A stretch of 64,000 bases of DNA from a virus (taxonomy: Duplodnaviria > Caudoviricetes), in the IMG/VR virus record IMGVR_UViG_3300013121_000022, positions 64,001 through 128,000 of that record; one strand, written 5' to 3'. Position 1 is the stretch's first letter. Each line of letters opens with the position of its first letter. Position numbers and translations under genes: made by a program. Shown piece after piece: positions 57,435 to 64,000 of the stretch. A model generated the notes under the pieces. That model did not search any database and was not told the origin of the DNA. It saw only the letters and a list, made by a program, of their open reading frames with translations.

Positions 57435-58183
57435 ATATAGTGATTCCCATGTCGGGCGCGGGAAAAAGATTTTTGGATGCAGGCTATACCGATCCAAAAC
57501 CATTCATTTTAGTCGATGGTCAACCCATGATTATGCGTGTGACCAACAACGTCTCGGTTAGATCATCCAAAAATCATAACAACATAGTTTGGCTGGTTAG
57601 AACTGAACACCTTGATCGCGCTCAAGATATTCAGCAGGAAATGCGAGATCGCAATATCATTCCCAATGCAACCTACAACATCATAAAAGTTTCCGGCCTC
57701 ACACAAGGCGCGGCGTGTACTGTATTAATGGCCTCTGGTATTATCAATAACGATCAACCTTTAATTATTGCTAACTCCGATCAACTGACCGATTCTTCGG
57801 TTGATGGATTTGTTGAGTATTGTCAAAAGAACAACGCGGATGGCGGTATTATCACGTTTCGATCAAGCGCCGACAAATGGAGTTATGTTCGTTTGGATAA
57901 GCAAGGAATATTGGTTGATGAAGTTGCTGAAAAAGTTGTCATTTCAAATCTTGCCACTCTTGGAATTTACTATTTTCGGCGTGGTTCTGATTTTTGTTCA
58001 GCGGCTGTGAAATCTATCAGGTATAACATGCGGCATCGCAATGAATTCTATGTTGCACCTGTATTCAATGAAATGATTTTGCTTGGCAAGCGAATTTATC
58101 ACTACGAAATTCCAGATTATTGTGCACATGGACTTGGAACTCCCGAAGACCTTGAAAGGTATTTACTGCATGGACGCCAATAA
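57431..58183 (+). CDS. sugar nucleotidyltransferase-like protein
   Basis: IPMSGAGKRF...PKP, NSDQ, AEK, EFYVAP and LGTPEDL motifs. Confidence 0.88.
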   Translation: MNIVIPMSGAGKRFLDAGYTDPKPFILVDGQPMIMRVTNNVSVRSSKNHNNIVWLVRTEHLDRAQDIQQEMRDRNIIPNATYNIIKVSGLTQGAACTVLMASGIINNDQPLIIANSDQLTDSSVDGFVEYCQKNNADGGIITFRSSADKWSYVRLDKQGILVDEVAEKVVISNLATLGIYYFRRGSDFCSAAVKSIRYNMRHRNEFYVAPVFNEMILLGKRIYHYEIPDYCAHGLGTPEDLERYLLHGRQ

Positions 58184-58898
58184 CTCATATACACAAATGC
58201 AGAAAAAATATTACGAAGAAAACGCGACGATAATGGCAGTGGAGGATCATCGCGGCCACAATAACAATCCAGATTATTACGGAATTCTATTATCAGACAT
58301 CACAACCAATCCAGAATACTGGACTGGTAAAACCGCCCTAGACTTTGGTTGTGGAACTGGACGAAATATTGCCAATCTGTATCGTTTAGCAAAGTGGAAA
58401 TTTGTCGATGGTTGCGACATTGCGCGAAACAACTTGTATGAAGCACATCGTTTATTGACGGAACGTGGTGTTTCCGGTTTTACACTTTACCCCGTCTCAG
58501 GCGTTGATCTTGGTGGTATCCCAAGTAAAAAATATGACTTTGTAATGTCAACCATTGTTCTTCAACACATCGCCGTGTGGTCAATTCGACTGAGTATTTT
58601 AACTGACATCTTTCGAGTGATGAAATCGGGCGGATTATTCTCGTTTCAAGTTGTTAAATATCCGTTGCCGCGAGATCGATATAATATCGCTGACTATCAT
58701 GAAGACAAATGGGATGCGCCAAATACAAATGGAGGGTACGATTTTAGCGTAGATAACGAACAAGATTTGATAAATGACTTGACACGCATTGGGTTTGAAG
58801 TGATTGAAACAATAAGCAGACCTGAATGGGAATATATCAATCAAGAATACGCTCACAATAACAATCGTTGGGTATTTGTTAAGGCGCGTAAACCATGA
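58170..58898 (+). CDS. class I SAM-dependent methyltransferase
   Basis: ALDFGCGTGRN and YDFVMSTIVLQH motifs. Confidence 0.88.
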   Translation: MDANNSYTQMQKKYYEENATIMAVEDHRGHNNNPDYYGILLSDITTNPEYWTGKTALDFGCGTGRNIANLYRLAKWKFVDGCDIARNNLYEAHRLLTERGVSGFTLYPVSGVDLGGIPSKKYDFVMSTIVLQHIAVWSIRLSILTDIFRVMKSGGLFSFQVVKYPLPRDRYNIADYHEDKWDAPNTNGGYDFSVDNEQDLINDLTRIGFEVIETISRPEWEYINQEYAHNNNRWVFVKARKP

Positions 58899-59653
58899 TA
58901 AATGGTACGTATATCTTTCATGTTTTTGAAACACTCACGATTTCAAATTTGTATTCGGCTATCGATAGCATAGTAAGTCAGACGTTCGATAGCAATCAGT
59001 TTGACTTCGTGTTGTACAATTCGTCGCGTTATTGGGAAAATTCCGAGAGATTGCTCGATGGAATTCAGTCTCGGTTGCATGGCATGTTTCGGAGTTTTAG
59101 ATTTATCAATCCAGACGTTCCTACCGACTCGACTCTAGCTGATTTACAGTGGCAAATCAGCAACATTGATGGATCGGACTTCTATTTCACACATAAGGCC
59201 GATTTTGTGTTAGGAGATAAAACTATCCAGAGAGTTGCGAATTTATTTGAGAACGTACATCAGCCTCTTTATGTTAGTTTTTGCAAGTTCGATGTCAGAG
59301 AAGATGTCAACGATCTTGAAACTTATATACTCTCAGGTAGATCGTTTGACAGAATTTTAGATCGTGCGGATGCGTGGGATGTAACTGCTTGCCTTCCAAA
59401 AGATTGGGAAACCCACGACTACAGGTTTCTTGGCTATCGGGGATGGGATGGAACAATGCATTGCTACAACGAACAAGCTAGACGAAATATACAACTTACT
59501 GACTTTTGCAGCTTGGACACTGTGCAATCAAATCGAACAAACGGCATCGACTGGATTTTTGGTGATACTCGATTTTGGGCGCTTCATAAGTTTCATGCCT
59601 TACCTAACGGCAGGGGCGATGCCCGTAAAGATTTAGATGGAAAACGATTCTAA
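58895..59653 (+). CDS. glycosyltransferase-like hypothetical protein
   Basis: SAIDSIVSQT and HKAD (DxD-like) motifs; context. Confidence 0.5.
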   Translation: MINGTYIFHVFETLTISNLYSAIDSIVSQTFDSNQFDFVLYNSSRYWENSERLLDGIQSRLHGMFRSFRFINPDVPTDSTLADLQWQISNIDGSDFYFTHKADFVLGDKTIQRVANLFENVHQPLYVSFCKFDVREDVNDLETYILSGRSFDRILDRADAWDVTACLPKDWETHDYRFLGYRGWDGTMHCYNEQARRNIQLTDFCSLDTVQSNRTNGIDWIFGDTRFWALHKFHALPNGRGDARKDLDGKRF

Positions 59654-60282
59654 TGAACACCCTCATTGTCATCGCGCATCACAATGGATCGCGGTACATT
59701 CCGGCTTTGCTGGATAGCTTGAAGTGGCATGATCGGAAAGATATTGTCGTTATAGATACTGGCTCAACGTCCAACGAACTCGATCTATTGCCACAAGATA
59801 TACAGGTCGATGAAATTTATGGTGGATATTGTGTTGGCGCATATAAATGGGCATATCGATGGTATCCTGATTACGACTCGTATTTTTTTATGCACGACTC
59901 CATGAGGGCAAAAACAAATTTTCTTCCGGCCTTTCAGTCAAAAGGCGATGTTGTTGCATGGATCGATTTTCCAATGGATTATGGTGAACAAGAACGCGAG
60001 TACATTGAATCGCAGTACGGGAAGGATAATCATTCGCCCAACGCAATCTTTGGGCCAATTTTTTACGCCACTCATCAGGCAATGCAGGGTCTGGCGAACA
60101 ACAATAAATTTCCGCGCAACCCTAAAAATCGAGCGGAACTTTGCGCCTCTGAACGTGCTTTTGCCATAGCTTTTCATCAGTGTGGATTTCGAGTCGATCA
60201 TCTTGAAGAATATGACAACCAGCGTTTGGACATTAGTCGAGATTACGTGTTGTTTGATAAGTTCAGACCAAATCGAGTATAA
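59653..60282 (+). CDS. GT2-like glycosyltransferase
   Basis: VVIDTGS, FMHDS and ERAF motifs. Confidence 0.7.
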   Translation: MNTLIVIAHHNGSRYIPALLDSLKWHDRKDIVVIDTGSTSNELDLLPQDIQVDEIYGGYCVGAYKWAYRWYPDYDSYFFMHDSMRAKTNFLPAFQSKGDVVAWIDFPMDYGEQEREYIESQYGKDNHSPNAIFGPIFYATHQAMQGLANNNKFPRNPKNRAELCASERAFAIAFHQCGFRVDHLEEYDNQRLDISRDYVLFDKFRPNRV

Positions 60283-60284
60283 AT

Positions 60285-60527
60285 ATGTTCAATAAGTATG
60301 TGTATGAAATTTTGAAGACAAGCATTGTGTGGTATCCGATCATTGGCTTGGTTTTTGCGACAGGAGTAATGATTCGGATGATTCTAGATGATCCGCTATG
60401 GTTTATTAGGCACATAAATCAACAGCGTGAACGACATATGTGGTTTGCGATGATATTGATGTCTGCCTGCCTTTGGCCTTATTTTCTTGGTAGACTGATT
60501 TGGAGTAGTGTTCAAAAACTTTTATAG
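60285..60527 (+). CDS. small membrane protein
   Basis: Two hydrophobic helices. Confidence 0.55.
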   Translation: MFNKYVYEILKTSIVWYPIIGLVFATGVMIRMILDDPLWFIRHINQQRERHMWFAMILMSACLWPYFLGRLIWSSVQKLL

Positions 60528-60537
60528 GACAACTAAC

Positions 60538-60747
60538 ATGCCATACCGAAATGTTCGTAATGATGCAAGAAATTCCGATCCAAACGTTACTTTGCAAGAA
60601 TTAATGCAAATGTTGAGCACTGTAATAAGTTGTGGAGGATGTGCCAACTTGACATCTGTTGCCTCACAACATACTTGCAAGACATGTGGCCGGACTCTGT
60701 GTGGCGAATGCGGTAATCTCTGTAAAGATCATCGAAAGGTTTCGTGA
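60538..60747 (+). CDS. small Zn-finger protein
   Basis: CGGC, CKTC, CGEC and CKDH motifs. Confidence 0.55.
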   Translation: MPYRNVRNDARNSDPNVTLQELMQMLSTVISCGGCANLTSVASQHTCKTCGRTLCGECGNLCKDHRKVS

Positions 60748-60816
60748 TGTTCATGAATGAAACTGGTATTTCCATAGGATTTGATACGGTAATTCCACCA
60801 AACGATTTTTGCGTTT

Positions 60817-61182
60817 TTGTTGTACCCATATTTGATATCAAGTAGTCATTCGTTTTCACCGAGCAAACCGCCTGAACTTAGATGCTGTAGAGTTGCTAAC
60901 ACAGACCTGAGTGTTGTAGTTGAATCAATTAATTTCCGCTCACGTAACGAAAATTTTTTTGGAGCTGTTTTTGCTCTGTATGCTCTAACCGCAGGATCGT
61001 TATCCAAAATTATTACATTGGAAAAACCTCAAGTCTGCTTCTCTGTTCTATCACAATCTAATTCAGGTCGTTCAAATCACCGATTGGCGGTTGAGGCATT
61101 ATACTGCGACAAACCCATTGTGTTTGCATATGTAGATCGACATCGAAAGACATTCCTTGACTTAGTTGCTGAACTAGGGTAA
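60817..61182 (+). CDS. hypothetical protein (start uncertain)
   Basis: 121-aa ORF with a TTG start and no clear SD. Confidence 0.35.
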   Translation: MLYPYLISSSHSFSPSKPPELRCCRVANTDLSVVVESINFRSRNENFFGAVFALYALTAGSLSKIITLEKPQVCFSVLSQSNSGRSNHRLAVEALYCDKPIVFAYVDRHRKTFLDLVAELG

Positions 61183-61196
61183 TATCAACGTGATCG

Positions 61197-61569
61197 GCGC
61201 AGATCAAGTTGTCGAGCTCGAAAGAGTTAGGAACTTCCCGACGATACAGGAGCAATCCTGAAAACCCTCCACATGAAAACAGCAAGTGTGGACAGTTCGA
61301 CTGAACTGATGTCAACGGCAACAGAGAACATTCCGCTCGAAAGAGTAACGGGTGAAAAGGACGGTGATACCCGTCCGGCATGTCAAGGTAACTTGCTTGC
61401 ATAGGCGACAGGACAGGGGATCGCAAGGTGGCGCAAGATAGGCTACGGTTTATCTTGTAGAACCGCAGTATAAACGGTACGACAGAATAACACTCAGTCG
61501 CACTAGGATATACCATCAACCCGATGAGAAAGATGACAACCTAAACAGAATCGGGGGTATGATCGGCGC
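61197..61569 (+). ncRNA. rnpB: RNase P RNA (divergent)
   Basis: P1 GCGCAGATCA/TGATCGGCGC; P2 GTTGTC/GACAAC; P3 GAAA hairpin; P4 AGGAACTTCCCGA pairs with ACAGAATCGGGGGTA (bulged U); GCAACAGAGAA, GGGTGAAAAGG and GCAAG conserved regions. Confidence 0.8.
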
Positions 61570-61649
61570 AGATTGGTTCTTGACAAAAAAATATAACCGA
61601 TCCATAATAATCTCAACTTCCACTATCTCACAGAAAGAGGATACCGAAC

Positions 61650-61826
61650 ATGGAACTCAAAATTGTTTCTGCAAAAGCTGGTGATCAGTACGTGAATCTG
61701 GTGGGTCAAACATTTCCGGTGGTTCGTGAACTGGAAACAATCTACGTGATTGAAGTTGAGGGCAAAAGCGTCTATGTTCGTGAGGACGACTGCGAAGTAA
61801 AAATCATTGAACCAGTTGCGGCCTAA
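61650..61826 (+). CDS. small beta-rich protein (58 aa)
   Basis: TTGACA...CATAAT promoter, GAGG SD, MELKIVSAKAG... Confidence 0.65.
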   Translation: MELKIVSAKAGDQYVNLVGQTFPVVRELETIYVIEVEGKSVYVREDDCEVKIIEPVAA

Positions 61827-61886
61827 ATAATTATTCTACTTGACAGGCTTTATCAAGTCAGGTAGAATAATTTGCGTGAGGGTCAT

Positions 61887-62120
61887 ATGAAATATACCGA
61901 TAAGTTTGAAGTGGACACTAACGGTAAAATCATTGGTGCTGAAACGCATCCGAATGCGCCCGTAATTGTAAATTTTTATCGTGTTGTCAACGGCAAGAAG
62001 CGATACAATAAACTTGCGAAGCGGTTACATTTTTTTACCGAACAACACTTTCAGAGCAACACCGATTTCTTGAATCGAATGAGCGCACGTAAAGATCGGG
62101 TATATTATCGGGCAAACTAA
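61887..62120 (+). CDS. hypothetical protein
   Basis: TTGACA...TAGAAT promoter, GAGG SD, MKYTDK start. Confidence 0.6.
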   Translation: MKYTDKFEVDTNGKIIGAETHPNAPVIVNFYRVVNGKKRYNKLAKRLHFFTEQHFQSNTDFLNRMSARKDRVYYRAN

Positions 62121-62127
62121 ATAACAA

Positions 62128-62198
62128 GCGGGTATAGTATAACGGTATTATAAAAGCCTTCCAAGTTTAAGACGCGGGTTCGACTCCCGCTATCCGCT
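62128..62198 (+). tRNA. tRNA-Gly(UCC)
   Basis: Anticodon loop CTTCCAA, GCG acceptor. Confidence 0.88.
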
Positions 62199-62339
62199 CA
62201 GAGAATAGCACGAGTGACTAACGTTGCGAAATGGTTGAATACAGAGTCCTGACGTTGATCTATACTGCTTAGGCACACATGGATCATGAGGTCAAAAAAC
62301 TAATCCTCAACACATCCGGCATTATGCTAATTTTGCCAT

Positions 62340-62412
62340 GCGGTTGTAATTCAGTTGGTAGAATATCTCTTTGCCAAAGAGAATGTCGTGGGTTCGAGTC
62401 CCATCAGCCGCT
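62340..62412 (+). tRNA. tRNA-Gly(GCC)
   Basis: Anticodon loop TTGCCAA. Confidence 0.9.
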
Positions 62413-62483
62413 CTTGTTATAAAGTCCTAAACTGAAATAGACCATAGTTCCGACAACATGTATCAACCTTACGCCACGATTAA

Positions 62484-62555
62484 GCCGATGTAGCTCAATG
62501 GTAGAGCAACTTCCTTGTAAGAAGAAGGTTAAGGGTTCAAGTCCCTTCATTGGCT
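62484..62555 (+). tRNA. tRNA-Thr(UGU)
   Basis: Anticodon loop CTTGTAA. Confidence 0.9.
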
Positions 62556-62622
62556 CAGTGTCCCATCAACAATTTATAGCAGGAGTCTTATCCTACTATG
62601 GACAGGGAATATGGGACAATCT

Positions 62623-62695
62623 GCCGGATTAGCTCAGTTGGTAGAGTATCTTTTTCGTAAAAAGAGGGTCACGAGTTCGATTCTCGTATCCGGCT
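62623..62695 (+). tRNA. tRNA-Thr(CGU)
   Basis: Anticodon loop TTCGTAA. Confidence 0.9.
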
Positions 62696-62732
62696 CAGGT
62701 TCGTTTCATTGTGTCTCATTTAGGAATGAGAC

Positions 62733-62759
62733 AAAGCCTCTTGACAAAGAGGCTTTTTT
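62733..62759 (+). terminator. terminator after the tRNA cluster; its loop holds a TTGACA box
   Basis: AAGCCTC-ttgacaaa-GAGGCTTTTTT. Confidence 0.65.
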
Positions 62760-62775
62760 GATCTATATTTGTCTC

Positions 62776-62982
62776 ATGACATCTAAAACCGATAAGCCAA
62801 AGAAAATTGAAGCAGGACGCTATTTGTATCGTGGTGTAATTATTCGTCGCAATCCATCAGTCGCGTCGGGTTGGTATGGATCGTGGTTATTCAACGACAG
62901 CGGAGCAGATAGTTTGAATGATGCCTGCCAACAAATCGATTCTCGAATTGAGGCCAGAAAAAATGAAACTATCAATCGCTAA
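62776..62982 (+). CDS. hypothetical protein
   Basis: MTSKTD start after the tRNA terminator. Confidence 0.55.
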   Translation: MTSKTDKPKKIEAGRYLYRGVIIRRNPSVASGWYGSWLFNDSGADSLNDACQQIDSRIEARKNETINR

Positions 62983-63310
62983 TCTCCGAAAAAGCGAAAT
63001 TCCTTCCGAAGTAAAGAATCGTGTTTTAGATTTGATCAAAACCCATCGTACTCGTGCTTTGTCTTTGGAATATCGAGACAATCTTTATCTTGACGAAGGA
63101 TCGGACTATACGTTTTATTTGAACGGTGAACAAAAATCTGTTTCCATGATGTCCGCCGAAGGGTTTCATGCTGGTGGTCAGCCGATTGAATATAAGGTTG
63201 GCGCAACCCTGCCTCTGCCATTTGGTGTGTGGGTCGTGGAAAGGAAATTGTTTTTGGGTAAATATCTTATTCGCATTATTCACAACAACGGACAAAAGGA
63301 GCTGAAATGA
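62963..63310 (+). CDS. hypothetical protein
   Basis: MKLSIA start overlapping the upstream ORF. Confidence 0.55.
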   Translation: MKLSIANLRKSEIPSEVKNRVLDLIKTHRTRALSLEYRDNLYLDEGSDYTFYLNGEQKSVSMMSAEGFHAGGQPIEYKVGATLPLPFGVWVVERKLFLGKYLIRIIHNNGQKELK

Positions 63311-63507
63311 AGTTCTATTATGTGGCCTATACATGGGTAGATAACACATCAAACGGAGTCGGTAATGCATACATTACTTCTACAGGGCTAGACAACAAAA
63401 CCGCAATTGAACTCGTCAAACAAAACATTATCGATTTGCTGGCTAAAGAAAGAGATAATCCTAACGTTGTGATTACAAACTTGATTGAATTAAGGAGTCT
63501 CGACTAA
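63307..63507 (+). CDS. hypothetical protein
   Basis: GGAG SD, ATGA overlap. Confidence 0.55.
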   Translation: MKFYYVAYTWVDNTSNGVGNAYITSTGLDNKTAIELVKQNIIDLLAKERDNPNVVITNLIELRSLD

Positions 63508-63508
63508 T

Positions 63509-63745
63509 ATGAAACGCCAATACTATCTCACTTACGTTAAGCTCCCGCCCGAAGACGAATTTGATGAATGGACGCAAATCGCCAAAACAAAAACTTTATC
63601 ACAAGCGTCTCAGGCAGCTGTCGATGCAGGTGCTGAGGCAGTGATTTATTTCGTTACTGATACGCTGGCAGGTCGTCATTGGTATCGCAATTCTGTTTGC
63701 ATCAATGACTTGGTTCACTACAACAAAATTGTTTTTGCGGCATAA
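63509..63745 (+). CDS. hypothetical protein
   Basis: AAGGAG SD, 78 aa. Confidence 0.55.
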   Translation: MKRQYYLTYVKLPPEDEFDEWTQIAKTKTLSQASQAAVDAGAEAVIYFVTDTLAGRHWYRNSVCINDLVHYNKIVFAA

Positions 63746-63757
63746 AGGATTCATAAC

Positions 63758-64000
63758 ATGGGATACGCACACATCGAAAATCTTTACAAGCCACATGTAA
63801 AAGAACTTCTCTTTATGTTTCGGGAAGTCTATGCACTCGAAAAGATACATGGATGCTCCGCCGAAATTAAGTTTACCGCCGAGATTGGAACTGGCAAAGT
63901 TGATGTTAGTTTTGACGGTGGGCTATTGTCGCCAGAACAATTCTCAAACATTATCGACAAGTCTATTGTAGAAAAGTTCGTGGAACTGAACAAGCAATAC
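63758..64000 (+). CDS. RNA ligase (Rnl2-like), truncated at window edge
   Basis: MGYAHIENLY...VYALEKIHG: nucleotidyltransferase motif I KxHG. Confidence 0.75.
   Translation, partial: MGYAHIENLYKPHVKELLFMFREVYALEKIHGCSAEIKFTAEIGTGKVDVSFDGGLLSPEQFSNIIDKSIVEKFVELNKQY

Noticed and set aside
60747-60860. Possible frameshift joining the short ORF MFMNETG... to ORF 60817-61182
   Set aside because: There is no clear slippery site or homology evidence, so it cannot be supported from sequence alone.
61058-61519. 153-aa minus-strand ORF
   Set aside because: It is antisense to the RNase P RNA and has no protein-like motifs.

Overview
The window is a 64-kb segment of a large tailed (siphovirus-like) dsDNA bacteriophage genome in the standard genetic code. 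A sortase-like gene of a type I associate with Anaerolineae hints weakly at a Chloroflexota host. Layout: (1) 1-12.4 kb, minus strand: a lambda-like replication operon (initiator with internal iterons, DnaB-like helicase, primase, RuvC, Cas4-like nuclease, dCTP deaminase), followed by a Ro60/TROVE-vWA-like gene that sits directly behind three unusual tRNA-like ncRNAs. (2) 12.5-28.9 kb: SNF2 helicase, DNA methylases and a large glycosyltransferase/sugar-modification cluster. (3) 29-48.7 kb: neck and tail genes (tail chaperone frameshift, 1468-aa tape measure, three paralogous fibre/decoration genes); no capsid, portal or terminase genes were recognised. (4) 48.7-64 kb: 14 tRNAs, sliding clamp, a second sugar-modification cluster, a divergent RNase P RNA and the start of an Rnl2-type RNA ligase. 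The most striking observation is an apparent phage RNA-processing/repair system. It comprises the Ro-like protein, three tRNA mimics that keep their anticodon arms and carry one shared helix-internal-loop module grafted at different arms, the RNase P RNA and the RNA ligase. Other highlights are a dispersed 14-bp quasi-palindrome GATCGGCGCAGATC, an anti-RBS leader structure on the replication operon and a candidate selenoprotein. All calls come from reading the sequence; no searches were run.
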